NCBI GenBank assembly: GCA_016795425.1
Contig: JAEUHG010000165.1
Span: 21,024 to 85,023, forward strand
Source: Verrucomicrobiales bacterium
GTDB taxonomy: Bacteria > Verrucomicrobiota > Verrucomicrobiia > Limisphaerales > CAIMTB01
Length of the DNA: 64,000 bases
Reading direction: 5' to 3'
The notes under the pieces: generated by a model
What the model was told of the DNA's origin: nothing
The model's input: the letters and a program-made list of their open reading frames with translations, nothing else
Database searches by the model: none
Program-made: the position numbers and the translations under genes
In this document: piece by piece, positions 1 through 9,569 of the stretch
Layout of the letters: each line of letters starts with the position of its first letter
How positions within the stretch are numbered: position 1 is the stretch's first letter

Positions 1-607
1 CCTTATCGTTGGGCACGTAGAGGTCGTACCCGGTCGTGCCGATCCGCGGGTGATTCGCCACATAGACCTCCCCCCACTCCGCGGTGGCCTGCTTGCCAAT
101 GCCGAGAGTCGCCGCCGGAATCGATCCGCCCAAGCCGAGTTGCCGCAGCACGTCAGCGGCCCGCGGACCCTCCAAAGCCAGCAAGGCGTAGTAAGGCGCC
201 GCGTCGATGACCTGCACATCCTCGCCGATGATGAACTGCTCGAGCCGCTCCCGCACCACGGCCGCCCTGCCCGGCTCAACATCCAAAAGCAGTTCGCTCT
301 CCAAAGCGTAGACCGTGAGATCGCTGATCATCTTCGCCTTGGCATTCACCAGCACCGCGTAACAGCCCTGTCCCGTCGCGAGATCCTTGATGTTGTTCGT
401 CACCTGCCCGTTCAACAGCTTCTGGCGATCGGCCCCCAACATCACCAACCTCCCCCGGGCCGACAGATCCACGATCCCCACCGAACGCCGCAGGGCGCGA
501 TACTCGCCCGCCACGTCCCCGTAGGTCAGCACCCATTCTCCGCTCCCCGTGGCCTCGAAGCGGGCTCCGGCCTTCTCGTGCCATTCGTGCAACGCAAGCA
601 CTTCCAT
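1..607 (-). CDS. GcvT/YgfZ-family folate-binding aminomethyltransferase-like protein (N-terminal part; gene runs off the window start)
   Basis: Absent from the ORF track because it has no stop inside the window. My reverse-complement translation from the ATG at 607..605 gives MEVLALHEWHEKAGARFEATGSGEWVLTYGDVAGEYRALRRSVGIVDLSARGRLVMLGADRQKLLNGQVTNNIKDLATGQGCYAVLVNAKAKMISDL... This is the N-terminal pattern of glycine-cleavage-T-type folds. The frame stays open to position 1. Confidence 0.75.
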   Translation of the reverse strand, partial: MEVLALHEWHEKAGARFEATGSGEWVLTYGDVAGEYRALRRSVGIVDLSARGRLVMLGADRQKLLNGQVTNNIKDLATGQGCYAVLVNAKAKMISDLTVYALESELLLDVEPGRAAVVRERLEQFIIGEDVQVIDAAPYYALLALEGPRAADVLRQLGLGGSIPAATLGIGKQATAEWGEVYVANHPRIGTTGYDLYVPNDK

Positions 608-820
608 GCGCCGAAACTGGCACAGCACCGCTTCCGCGCAAAGACCCGACGCCTTCCAACCAAGCGAATTGCTTATCGGGTTTCACCTACGCGAATCCGC
701 AGTTGCGCCGTCGAGGTTGCCCTCTAATCTCGGGGCACCGGCGATTGATTTGTCTCCGAAGCCCTGTTCGTGGGGTCCCGCGGAGGTGAGGAAGGTCGCC
801 GGAAGAACCAAGACAACGTC

Positions 821-3067
821 ATGACTGCGAACGCTTCTACTCATCGCTGGCGGTTTTTCCGTGCCGGCGGCCTGGATCAAGCCCGGTTTGATTCCGCCGA
901 CGACTACCGCAACCTCGAACACCTGGATCAAAAGCTCTGGGTGGCGCTCGCCTGCCCCGTCAAAGGCCTCGAGTTCGATGAGAAGACGCTGGCTATGATC
1001 GATGGCGACAAAGACTCCCGGGTCCGTGTCCCGGAAGTCGTCGCCGCCGTTCAATGGGCCGAGGATCATCTGAAGGACCTGGGCGTTCTCAAGAATTGCA
1101 GCGACTCCCTGCCACTGGATCAGATCAATGATCAAACCCCTTCGGGAAAGGCTCTGCTCGCCTCGGCCAAACAGATTCTCAAAAACCTCGGCAAGGCCGA
1201 CGCCAAGACCATCACCTTGGCCGATGTCGCCGACACCGCGAAGATCTTCGCCCAAACCAAGTTCAACGGGGACGGTATCATTCCCGTTGAGTCCGCCGAA
1301 ACACCCGCCCTGCAGCAGGTAATCAACGAGATCATCTCCACGCAAGGAGGTGAAACGGATCGCAGCGGGAAACCGGGAATCTCCCAGGGCAAGGTCGACG
1401 CCTTCTTCGCGCAACTCACCGCCTTTGATGCCTGGGCCAAACAAGCCGAAGCCACCGCCGCCACCGTCTCGCCCCTCGGTGATGGCACCGCCGCCGCCGC
1501 CGCCGCCGTGAAAGCGGTCCGAGCCAAGGTGGACGATTATTTCGGTCGCTGCCGCCTCGCCGCCTTCGATCCGCGCGCCATTGTCGCCGTGAATCGCAAG
1601 GAAGAGGAGTATCTCATCATCGCCTCCAAGGACCTCAATATCTCGGCGCAGGAAGTCGCCGGGTTCCCGTTGTCCAAAATCGAGGCCCATCGCCCATTGC
1701 CCCTCAAAGACGGCATCAACCCCGCCTGGGCCGACGCTATCGGCGCACTTCTCGACGCCGCCGTCGCACCACTACTCGGCAAAGACAAAACCACCCTGAC
1801 CGAAGCCGATTGGGCCGCCCTCAAAGCCAAGGTCGCACCGTTCGATGCGTGGATCGCCGCCAAACCTGCCGTCACCATCGAACCCCTCGGCTTGGCCCGC
1901 ATCCGTGCGATCCTCGCCACCACCGCACAGGCCGATATCGGCAAGCTCATCGCCCAGGACAAAGCTCTCGAAGCCGAGGCCAGCGCCATCATCAACGTCG
2001 AACGCCTCATCCGCTACCACCGCGATTTGCACCGGCTCCTGTGCAATTTCGTCAACTTCTCGGACTTCTACGACCCGGCCTTCCCGGCGACGTTCCAGGT
2101 CGGAACACTCTACCTCGATGGTCGGGCATGCGAACTCTGCGTGCGCGTCGACGACGGCGGAAAGCACGCCGCTCTCGCTGGCATGGCCAAGGCCTACCTC
2201 GCGTATTGCGATTGCACCCGTCCTTCGGGTGAGAAGATGACCATCGCCGCCGCCTTCACCGATGGCGATTCCGACAACCTGTTGGTCGGCCGCAATGGCG
2301 TGTTTTACGACCGCAAGGGACGCGACTGGGACGCGACGATCACCAAGATCATCGATAACCCGATCAGCATCCGTCAGGCGTTCTGGGCGCCCTACAAAAA
2401 ATTGGTGCGCGCCATAGAGGAACAGGTCGCCAAACGCGCCGCCGCCGCGGAAGCCGCGTCCGATGCCAAGATCGCCGCCGCCGCCACCGCCACCGCCAAC
2501 GTGGACAAAGCCAAGCCGGCCGAACCCAAGAAGGTCGACGTCGGAACCGTGGCCGCCATCAGCGTGGCCATCGCCGGCATCGGTTCCTTTATCACGGCTC
2601 TGCTCGGCTATATTACGGGCCTCTTCGCCATGCCGTTCTGGGTCCTGTGCCTGGTGCTGGCGTCGCTGCTGCTCATCATCTCCGGTCCGTCCATGCTCAT
2701 CGCCTGGCTCAAACTGCGCCAACGCAACCTCGGTCCCATCCTCGACGCCAATGGCTGGGCGGTAAATGGACGCGTCAAAGTCCCGGTGTCACTGGGCCGT
2801 TCTCTTACCTCGGTCGCCAAGTTGCCCCCGGGAACCCTGCCTTCCATGGACGACAAATTCGCCGAGCCCCCGGTGTTCTGGCCGAAGCTCCTCTTGTTCG
2901 CCATCGTGGTGGGCTTCATCTACAGCCTGCTGAACAACTTCGGCCTGATCCATCGGTGGACGAACGGCACCCTCGGATCGACCCCGACCACACAAAGCAT
3001 CTCCCTCGACGCACTGTTGAAGGGGTCGCCCACCAACCAGACTGCGGAACCCGCCAAGGCGCCTTGA
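821..3067 (+). CDS. Conserved hypothetical membrane protein with an EF-hand-like Ca-binding loop and C-terminal TM helices
   Basis: ORF 770..3067. The likely start is the internal MTANASTHRWRFFRAGG (ATG 821). The composition looks like a real protein. A DGDKDSRVRVPE loop lies at nt 1001..1036. There are 3-4 hydrophobic helices near the C-terminus (VAAISVAIAGIGSFITALLGYITGLFAMPFWVLCLVLASLLLIISG; LLLFAIVVGFIYSLL). A strong terminator follows. Confidence 0.7.
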   Translation: MTANASTHRWRFFRAGGLDQARFDSADDYRNLEHLDQKLWVALACPVKGLEFDEKTLAMIDGDKDSRVRVPEVVAAVQWAEDHLKDLGVLKNCSDSLPLDQINDQTPSGKALLASAKQILKNLGKADAKTITLADVADTAKIFAQTKFNGDGIIPVESAETPALQQVINEIISTQGGETDRSGKPGISQGKVDAFFAQLTAFDAWAKQAEATAATVSPLGDGTAAAAAAVKAVRAKVDDYFGRCRLAAFDPRAIVAVNRKEEEYLIIASKDLNISAQEVAGFPLSKIEAHRPLPLKDGINPAWADAIGALLDAAVAPLLGKDKTTLTEADWAALKAKVAPFDAWIAAKPAVTIEPLGLARIRAILATTAQADIGKLIAQDKALEAEASAIINVERLIRYHRDLHRLLCNFVNFSDFYDPAFPATFQVGTLYLDGRACELCVRVDDGGKHAALAGMAKAYLAYCDCTRPSGEKMTIAAAFTDGDSDNLLVGRNGVFYDRKGRDWDATITKIIDNPISIRQAFWAPYKKLVRAIEEQVAKRAAAAEAASDAKIAAAATATANVDKAKPAEPKKVDVGTVAAISVAIAGIGSFITALLGYITGLFAMPFWVLCLVLASLLLIISGPSMLIAWLKLRQRNLGPILDANGWAVNGRVKVPVSLGRSLTSVAKLPPGTLPSMDDKFAEPPVFWPKLLLFAIVVGFIYSLLNNFGLIHRWTNGTLGSTPTTQSISLDALLKGSPTNQTAEPAKAP

Positions 3068-3103
3068 CCCGACTCGCCAGGATTCCCATTCCGCCTTGAT
3101 ACG

Positions 3104-3140
3104 AACGGCCGGTGGCATTGCCAACCGGCCGTTTCTTTTT
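3104..3140 (+). terminator. Rho-independent terminator
   Basis: AACGGCCGGT..(loop)..ACCGGCCGTT is a 10-bp GC-rich stem. It is followed immediately by TCTTTTT and lies 37 nt after the stop at 3067. Confidence 0.7.
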
Positions 3141-3167
3141 CAGTCTACCGCCCCGACCCCCATCCCT

Positions 3168-3998
3168 ATGTATCCTTTTCCGGGAATCGGTTTTCTTTCG
3201 CCTTCCAAACCCACACCCCTGACCTTCTCCACCGGCACGGACTCCGCCCGCCGCGGCACCAGTATCCCACGCGCCTTTCGGAGCCTGGCCTTTTGCCTCC
3301 TTGTCCCCGCCTGGATCGCGCTCTCGGGGTGCCGCACCTCGGCCCCTTCGGCCCCCCCAACCCACGCCGAGACCGCCAGCGTCAAACCCGGCATTAATGC
3401 GGAGTACCTCAAACCGAATCTCGACGTGTCGCAGTGGGTCGAGCGCTTCGAAAAGGAAGGTCGCGAAATCTACGATCACCGCGAGAGAATTGTCGACGCC
3501 GCCAGAATCCGTCCCGGCAGCGCGGTCGCCGACATTGGCTGTGGCACCGGACTCTTCACCCCGATGCTTGCTGCCACCACCGGGCCCAAAGGCAAAGTCT
3601 ACGCCGTCGACATCGTTCCCGACTTTCTCCGCCTCGTGGGCCAACGCGCCGCCGAGGCCGGCCAACACCACGTGCAAACGGTGCTCTGCACGGACCGTTC
3701 CGTGGAACTTCCACCCGATTCCATTGACGTCGCCTTCATCTGCGACGTCTACCACCACTTTGAATTCCCCCAACATTCGCTCGCCTCGCTCCACCGTGCG
3801 CTCCGACGCCAGGGCGAAGTCCTCCTCATCGACTTCAAACGCGAACCTGGCGTGAGTTCCGATTGGATTCTCAATCACGTCCGCGCCGGCCAGGCCCAGG
3901 TCACCGCCGAGTTCGAAGCCGCCGGGTTCCGCAAGGTCGAGGAACTCCCCATGCTCAAAGACAACTACGTCCTCCGCTTCCGCAAGGTCGCCCACTGA
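3168..3998 (+). CDS. Class I SAM-dependent methyltransferase with lipoprotein-type signal peptide
   Basis: ORF 3096..3998. I chose the start ATG 3168 (MYPFPG) because it lies after the terminator. SAM motif I is VADIGCGTGLF. A hydrophobic leader ends in the lipobox IALSGC. Confidence 0.85.
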   Translation: MYPFPGIGFLSPSKPTPLTFSTGTDSARRGTSIPRAFRSLAFCLLVPAWIALSGCRTSAPSAPPTHAETASVKPGINAEYLKPNLDVSQWVERFEKEGREIYDHRERIVDAARIRPGSAVADIGCGTGLFTPMLAATTGPKGKVYAVDIVPDFLRLVGQRAAEAGQHHVQTVLCTDRSVELPPDSIDVAFICDVYHHFEFPQHSLASLHRALRRQGEVLLIDFKREPGVSSDWILNHVRAGQAQVTAEFEAAGFRKVEELPMLKDNYVLRFRKVAH

Positions 3999-4009
3999 AA
4001 CCAAACTCC

Positions 4010-5314
4010 ATGGACCCCACCGGCGCCGCGCCACGGGTCACGACGTCTCCGCCGGCCCGCGCCCTCGGATTCTGGAGCGCCACGGCACTGGTCGTGGCCA
4101 GCATGCTCGGCACCGGGGTCTTCACTACCACCGGCTTCCTCCTCGCCGACCTGCGTTCCCCCTGGCTCATCCTCGCCGCTTGGCTGGTCGGCGGCATCAT
4201 CGCCTTGCTCGGCGCATTGAGCTACGGCGCCTTGGCGAAACACATCCCCGAGTCCGGCGGAGAATACCTCTTTCTCTCTCGAACCCTCCATCCGTCCGCC
4301 GGGTATGTCGCCGGCTGGATCTCCCTGCTCGTGGGATTCTCCGCCCCGCTCGCCGCCGCCGCCAACGCCTTCGGTGAATACACCAAGGATTGGCTCCCCT
4401 CAGTCCCACCACCGGTGACGGGCACGATCCTGCTTCTCGTCGTAACCACCCTTCACGCCTGGGACGTAAAGCGGGGTGCCTTCGCGCAGAACCTCGCGGT
4501 CCTGATCAAGGTGGCGCTCCTCTCCATCTTCATCGCCCTTGGTTCCACCCACATGGCTCTCGCACCTCCAACGTCCGCGAGTTCCGCTTCCATCCCCGAT
4601 ATCGCCATGTCCCTGGTGTGGATTTCATTCAGCTACTCAGGCTGGAACGCGGTGATCTACGTCGGCGGCGAGGTGGCGTGTCCCGAACGCAATCTTCCCA
4701 GATCTCTGCTCGCCGGGACCCTCTGCGTCACCGCACTTTACCTTGCCACCAACGCCGTCTTCCTGCTCGCCGTTCCGTCCGAGGTCCTCGCCGGACGCCT
4801 GGAAGTTGGCCGTCTCGCCGCCGCCCACCTGGGGGGTTCTCGATGGGCCGACGCCACCACCCTCCTCATCGCACTGGCGCTCCTGACCTCGGTTTCGTCG
4901 CTCATCATGGCGGGGCCGCGCGTCTATGCACGGGTCGCCGCCGACGGCTATCTCCCAGCCTGGCTGGCAACGAAGGGCGGCCCTCCGCGACCCGCCATCC
5001 TGCTCCAACTCGCCTTGGCTCTCACTCTGCTCTGGACCGCCACCTACCAAAGCCTGCTTTCCTTCATCGGTTTCACACTCGGTCTCAGCACGGCGCTGAC
5101 GGTCTTCGGCCTGATCCTTCTCCGACGTCGCCTAGGCCCCGCATTGCCGGTTCCAGGATGGCCCTGGGTCCCTGTCGCTTTCGTCCTCGCCGTGCTCGCC
5201 ATGACCGGTCTCTCCGTCGCTCGCGCTCCCCTGCCAAGTCTCGCCGGCATGGCGATTCTCGGCTTGGGATGGCTCCTTTGGCGCCTATCCAAGAACGCCG
5301 CGGCACCACGGTAG
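4010..5314 (+). CDS. APC-family amino acid permease
   Basis: ORF 3863..5314. The likely start is MDPTGAAP (ATG 4010). About 12 hydrophobic segments are present. APC-type motifs are MLGTGVFTTTG and GALSYGALAKHIPESGGEYLF. Confidence 0.85.
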   Translation: MDPTGAAPRVTTSPPARALGFWSATALVVASMLGTGVFTTTGFLLADLRSPWLILAAWLVGGIIALLGALSYGALAKHIPESGGEYLFLSRTLHPSAGYVAGWISLLVGFSAPLAAAANAFGEYTKDWLPSVPPPVTGTILLLVVTTLHAWDVKRGAFAQNLAVLIKVALLSIFIALGSTHMALAPPTSASSASIPDIAMSLVWISFSYSGWNAVIYVGGEVACPERNLPRSLLAGTLCVTALYLATNAVFLLAVPSEVLAGRLEVGRLAAAHLGGSRWADATTLLIALALLTSVSSLIMAGPRVYARVAADGYLPAWLATKGGPPRPAILLQLALALTLLWTATYQSLLSFIGFTLGLSTALTVFGLILLRRRLGPALPVPGWPWVPVAFVLAVLAMTGLSVARAPLPSLAGMAILGLGWLLWRLSKNAAAPR

Positions 5315-5388
5315 ACCTCGCGCGATCGGACCGCTGTGTTGCCATCCCGCGCCATCTCAACCAACGTTCACCCACGTTCGATTCGCCC

Positions 5389-6117
5389 ATGTCCCAACCG
5401 CATTCCACTCCACGTAGCGCCGTCGTCACCGGCGCCGGATCCGGCGTCGGCCGTGCCACCGCCCTGGCCCTGGCCCGGGAAGGCTGGCGCGTCGCCCTGG
5501 TCGGCCGCCGCCTCGAAACCCTGATCGAAACCGAGCGACACCTGCTCGCCGAGACATCCCCGTTCCTCCTCTGCCCCTGCGATCTCGCCGATGAATCCGC
5601 CGTGGCCACCATGGGGACCCAGGTCCTCGAAGCCTTTCACCAGGTCGACGTCCTCATCAACGCCGCCGGCACCAACACGCCCCGTCGCAGCCTGGAAGTA
5701 CTCTCCTCCGCCGATTACCGGCGCCTCATCGACACCAATCTCAACGGCGCCTATTGGTGCGTTCAGGCCTTCCTACCCGCCATGCGGTCGCGAGGTGCGG
5801 GCACCATCATCAACGTCATTTCCGACGCCGCGCGCCAGGCCAGCCCCAAAGCCGGCCCCGCCTACTCCGCCAGCAAATTCGGCCTGCTCGGACTCACCCA
5901 GGCCATCAACGCCGAGGAACGTGCCCGGGGTATTCGCGCCTGCGCCCTTTTGCCCGGCGACATTGACACCCCGCTGCTCGATAAACGCCCCGCGCCTCCC
6001 AACGCCGAGGCCCGCGCCAGGATGCTGCAACCCGAAGACGTCGCGGCCTGCGCGCTCTTCGCCATCCACATGCCCCCGCGCGCCGTCATCGAGGAGATCC
6101 TCGTCCGCCCCGCGTGA
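5389..6117 (+). CDS. SDR-family oxidoreductase
   Basis: This is the C-terminal part of ORF 4390..6117, starting at MSQPHSTPRSAVVTGAGSGVGRA (TGxxxGxG). It has the NAAG motif and the catalytic YSASK. The upstream part of that ORF overlaps the permease in another frame. Confidence 0.9.
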   Translation: MSQPHSTPRSAVVTGAGSGVGRATALALAREGWRVALVGRRLETLIETERHLLAETSPFLLCPCDLADESAVATMGTQVLEAFHQVDVLINAAGTNTPRRSLEVLSSADYRRLIDTNLNGAYWCVQAFLPAMRSRGAGTIINVISDAARQASPKAGPAYSASKFGLLGLTQAINAEERARGIRACALLPGDIDTPLLDKRPAPPNAEARARMLQPEDVAACALFAIHMPPRAVIEEILVRPA

Positions 6118-6464
6118 CAGCCCTTCCCTCTCTCCAAAGCCCTTCCCCACTCATGTCCGACGCGATTCAACGCTGGCAAAAGGTCGTCGCTGCGCAACCG
6201 ACCAATGACCTCGCGCGATTCAGCCTCGCCAAGGCGCTGTTTGACGCCGAGCGACTTGCCGAAGCGAAGGAACACCTCATCGCGGCCCTGGACAAGAAGC
6301 CGGATTGGATGGTCGTACAGATCCTGCTCGGCAAATGCCACCTTCAACTCGGCGATCGGACCGCCGCCCGTGAGGCGTTCGCGAAGGCGCACCAACTCGC
6401 CATCGCTCAACACCACGAAGGCCCCCAGGCCGAGATGGAACAGGCGTTGGCGGAATTGGAATAG
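6114..6464 (+). CDS. Small TPR-like repeat protein
   Basis: The GTG start overlaps the SDR stop (GTGA); ATG 6153 is an alternative start. The protein has a helical TPR-like pattern (AKALFDAERLAEAKEHLIAAL...LGKCHLQLGDRTAAREAFAKA). Confidence 0.5.
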   Translation: MTALPSLQSPSPLMSDAIQRWQKVVAAQPTNDLARFSLAKALFDAERLAEAKEHLIAALDKKPDWMVVQILLGKCHLQLGDRTAAREAFAKAHQLAIAQHHEGPQAEMEQALAELE

Positions 6465-6471
6465 ACCATCG

Positions 6472-6515
6472 CCCCTTCCCTCTTCCCCCCCACCCTTCCC
6501 CTTCCTCCCCCCTCC
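6472..6515. other. Polypyrimidine (top strand) / G-run-rich polypurine (bottom strand) tract upstream of the hox operon
   Basis: ccccttccctcttcccccccacccttccccttcctcccccctcc has 43 of 44 pyrimidines. The complement carries six or more runs of three or more G. Confidence 0.6.
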
Positions 6516-6643
6516 GCGCCAAGAAACGCCCCTAGTTCGACAATCCGGGTGGAGACTCGACCTGGCGTCGCCGGCACCTTCGGCGCCATCGATCCACCCG
6601 TTTTGTTCAGGGAGAAGCCCCGGGTAGATCGGCCGCATCCCAC

Positions 6644-7180
6644 ATGGAAACGCAGGCCGCAACCTCGCCGGAGACGGTTCCTTCAAAGACTGAAAAGCAT
6701 CCCAGCGGCGATTCCCGATTCCGCATTCTGGAGGTGTTCGCCAAGCGGCATGGATGCCGCCAGGACGCTCTCATCGAAATCCTGCACAAAGCGCAGGAAC
6801 TCTTCGGATTCCTCGACGAAGGTTTGCTCCTCTTCATCGCCCGCACCTTGAAGCTGCCACCGAGCCGGGTGTTTGGCGTCGCGACATTCTACCACCACTT
6901 CACTCTCACCCCCCAAGGTGAACACACGTGCGTGGTCTGCATGGGAACCGCCTGCTATGTGAAAGGCGCCGATCGCCTGCTCGCCACCGTTGAAAAGGCC
7001 TCCGGAATCAAAGCCGGCGAGACCACCTCGGACGCCAAACTTTCCCTGCTAACAGCCCGTTGTATCGGGGCCTGCGGAATCGCCCCCGCCGTCGTTTACG
7101 ATGGCGAAGTCACCCCCCGCCAAACCCCTCAAGCGGTCACCGAACGCATCAAGGCCTGGCTGAATCATGGATCACATTGA
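6644..7180 (+). CDS. hoxE: Bidirectional [NiFe]-hydrogenase diaphorase subunit HoxE (NuoE-like 2Fe-2S)
   Basis: NuoE-type Cys motifs are [11 protein letters not shown] and [10 protein letters not shown]. It is the first gene of the hox block and overlaps hoxF by 14 nt. Confidence 0.9.
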   Translation: METQAATSPETVPSKTEKHPSGDSRFRILEVFAKRHGCRQDALIEILHKAQELFGFLDEGLLLFIARTLKLPPSRVFGVATFYHHFTLTPQGEHTCVVCMGTACYVKGADRLLATVEKASGIKAGETTSDAKLSLLTARCIGACGIAPAVVYDGEVTPRQTPQAVTERIKAWLNHGSH

Positions 7181-8834
7181 TCTTCTCGAAACCAAGAACC
7201 GGGAATTGCGCACCCGCAAACCCCTGTGTCTTCGGGTGTGCATGGCCGCCGGTTGCATGTCGTCCAATGGACAGGCGGTCAAGGACTCCCTGGAAAAGGA
7301 GATCCGCGCCGCCGGCCTCGCCGATCAGGTCGAAGTCCGCCGCGTCGGCTGCCTCCGACTCTGTTGCGAGGGCCCGCTCGTCGCCTCCGATCCCAAAGGC
7401 GAACTCTACCAAAAAGTCACGCCCGACGACGCCCACGCCGTCGTCGCCGCCCTCAAGAATGGCAACGGCGAACTGAAACGCGGCGACCTCCAACACCCGT
7501 TCTTCAGCCGGCAGATGTCCATCGTCCTGGAGAACAGTGGCGTCGTGGACCCCGAACGGATCGAATCCTACATCGCCGCCGACGGTTACCAGGCCCTCCA
7601 TCATGCCTTGATGGAAATGGAGCCCAAGGACGTCGTCGACACCGTCTTCCGCAGCGGACTGCGCGGACGCGGCGGCGCCGGCTATCCCACCGGACTCAAA
7701 TGGTCCACGGTCGCCAAGACCTCCGGGGACCGGAAATTTGTGGTCTGCAATGCCGATGAAGGGGACCCCGGCGCTTTCATGGACCGCAGTGTGCTTGAGA
7801 GCGACCCACAAAGGGTGCTCGAAGGCATGGCGATCGCCGCCTACGCCGTCGGCGCCACCCAGGGATACATCTACGTCCGAGCCGAATATCCGCTGGCCAT
7901 CGCCCGACTCAACACGGCCATCCGCCAGGCCAAGCAACTGGGATTGCTCGGTGGCGGCATCTTCGAATCAGGATTCACCTTCAATGTCGAAATCCGTATC
8001 GGCGCCGGCGCCTTCGTCTGCGGCGAGGAAACCGCTCTCCTCGCTTCGGTCGAAGGTCGACGCGGCACCCCGCGACCACGGCCCCCCTTCCCCGCCGAAA
8101 GCGGTCTCTGGGGCATGCCAACGTTGATCAACAACGTCGAAACCTTTGCCAATGTGCCGCCCATCCTGCGGCGCGGCGCCGAGTGGTTCGCCGGCATCGG
8201 GACCCAGCAAAGCAAGGGCACCAAGGTCTTCGCCCTGGCCGGCAAAATCCAGCGCACGGGCCTCATCGAAGTCCCCATGGGCATGCCTCTCCGCACCATC
8301 GTCGAGGAAATCGGCGGCGGCGCTCCCGAAGGCAACCAAATCAAAGCCGTCCAAACGGGCGGACCCTCCGGCGGCTGCATTCCCGCCAACGAACTCGATA
8401 CTCCCGTTGACTACGAATCCCTCGTCCGACTCGGTTCCATCATGGGTTCCGGGGGCATGATCGTCATGGACCAATCGACCGACATGGTCGACGTCGCGCG
8501 ATTCTTCATGGGGTTCTGCATGGATGAATCATGCGGCAAATGCATCCCGTGCCGGGCCGGCACCGTGCAAATGCACGCGCTGCTGGAAAAGATCCTCAAA
8601 GGCCAGGCCACCCTCCGCGACCTGCAACGCCTCGAGGAGTTGTGCGACATGGTGAAGAACACCAGCCTTTGCGGCCTCGGACAAACCGCCCCCAACCCCG
8701 TCCTCAGCACCCTCCGCTTCTTCCGTGAGGAATACCTCCATCGCCTGCGCTCCCTCCCGATCTCGCCCGGAATCCCCATTCTTCCCAACGGCTCGCACCA
8801 CGGTCCGCCGGTCGCCGAGGCCGCAAAAACCTGA
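7167..8834 (+). CDS. hoxF: Diaphorase subunit HoxF (NuoF-like, NAD(P)H/FMN/4Fe-4S)
   Basis: The FMN/NADH site is [16 protein letters not shown] plus [16 protein letters not shown]. The 4Fe-4S motif is [10 protein letters not shown]. There is an N-terminal thioredoxin-like 2Fe-2S Cys cluster. Confidence 0.95.
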   Translation: MDHIDLLETKNRELRTRKPLCLRVCMAAGCMSSNGQAVKDSLEKEIRAAGLADQVEVRRVGCLRLCCEGPLVASDPKGELYQKVTPDDAHAVVAALKNGNGELKRGDLQHPFFSRQMSIVLENSGVVDPERIESYIAADGYQALHHALMEMEPKDVVDTVFRSGLRGRGGAGYPTGLKWSTVAKTSGDRKFVVCNADEGDPGAFMDRSVLESDPQRVLEGMAIAAYAVGATQGYIYVRAEYPLAIARLNTAIRQAKQLGLLGGGIFESGFTFNVEIRIGAGAFVCGEETALLASVEGRRGTPRPRPPFPAESGLWGMPTLINNVETFANVPPILRRGAEWFAGIGTQQSKGTKVFALAGKIQRTGLIEVPMGMPLRTIVEEIGGGAPEGNQIKAVQTGGPSGGCIPANELDTPVDYESLVRLGSIMGSGGMIVMDQSTDMVDVARFFMGFCMDESCGKCIPCRAGTVQMHALLEKILKGQATLRDLQRLEELCDMVKNTSLCGLGQTAPNPVLSTLRFFREEYLHRLRSLPISPGIPILPNGSHHGPPVAEAAKT

Positions 8835-8852
8835 ACCCTTCCCTTCGACGCC

Positions 8853-9569
8853 ATGGCAGCCAAGACGCTCACCATCGATGGACGCCTGATCAGCGCGGCG
8901 GAGGATCAGACCGTGCTGCAGGCCGCCAAGGACGCCGGCATTCAAATCCCCACCCTCTGCCATCTGGAAGGCCTCTCCGACATCGGCGCCTGCCGCCTCT
9001 GTGTCGTCGAGGTCGCCGGCTCCAACAAACTGCTCCCCGCCTGCGTCACCCGTATCGCGGAAGGCATGCAGGTGCGCACCGACACCGAACGCCTGCGCCA
9101 CTATCGCCGCATGGTGCTCGAATTGCTCTTCGCCGAACGCAACCACGTCTGCGCGGTCTGCGTCGCCAACGGTCACTGCGAACTCCAGGCCCTCGCCCTC
9201 GCGCTCGGCATGGACCATGTCCGCTTCGAATACCGCTTTCCCAAGTATTCCGTCGACATCACCCACCATTCCTTCGGCATCGATCACAACCGCTGCATCC
9301 TCTGCACACGTTGCGTGCGGGTCTGCTGGTACATCGAAGGAGCCGGCACCAAGAACGTCGCCGGACGCGGCGCTGAATGCCGCATCATCACCGATCTCAA
9401 CCAGTCGTGGGGCACGTCCGAGACGTGCACGTCCTGCGGCAAATGCGTCCAAGCCTGCCCGACCGGTGCCCTGTTCAAACGGGGATCCGCCGTCGCAGAA
9501 ATGGAACGCGACCGCACCCGACTCGAGTTCATCGTCAACGCCCGGGAGAAGAAACAATGGATCGTCTGA
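8853..9569 (+). CDS. hoxU: Diaphorase subunit HoxU (NuoG-N-terminal-like Fe-S protein)
   Basis: The 2Fe-2S motif is CRLCVVEV...C. Ferredoxin-type clusters are [11 protein letters not shown] and [16 protein letters not shown]. Confidence 0.9.
   Translation: MAAKTLTIDGRLISAAEDQTVLQAAKDAGIQIPTLCHLEGLSDIGACRLCVVEVAGSNKLLPACVTRIAEGMQVRTDTERLRHYRRMVLELLFAERNHVCAVCVANGHCELQALALALGMDHVRFEYRFPKYSVDITHHSFGIDHNRCILCTRCVRVCWYIEGAGTKNVAGRGAECRIITDLNQSWGTSETCTSCGKCVQACPTGALFKRGSAVAEMERDRTRLEFIVNAREKKQWIV

Noticed and set aside
613-628. TGGCAC motif upstream of the 821..3067 gene
   Set aside because: The spacing to the following GC is off by one and the -12 box does not resemble TTGC.
50-727. 225-aa plus ORF and 136-aa minus ORF (276..686) at the window start
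   Set aside because: A different minus-strand frame, not in the ORF track because it is open to the edge, gives a convincing GcvT-like N-terminus. The listed ORFs look like shadows.
608-820. Possible glycine riboswitch upstream of the GcvT-like gene
   Set aside because: I read the reverse complement for the paired GGAGAG...CACCGAAGGGGCAA cores and found nothing convincing. The region also has to hold two divergent promoters within 213 bp.
4390-5388. N-terminal 333 aa of ORF 4390..6117
   Set aside because: It overlaps the APC permease in another frame and is Arg/Pro-rich. The real SDR starts at ATG 5389, just before the TGAGSGVG motif.
6571-6590. Sigma-54-like GG-N10-GC element (cCGGCACcttcggcGCc) about 55 nt upstream of hoxE
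   Set aside because: Only the GG and GC dinucleotides and part of the -24 box match. In a GC-rich genome this is expected by chance. No enhancer-binding protein gene is nearby.
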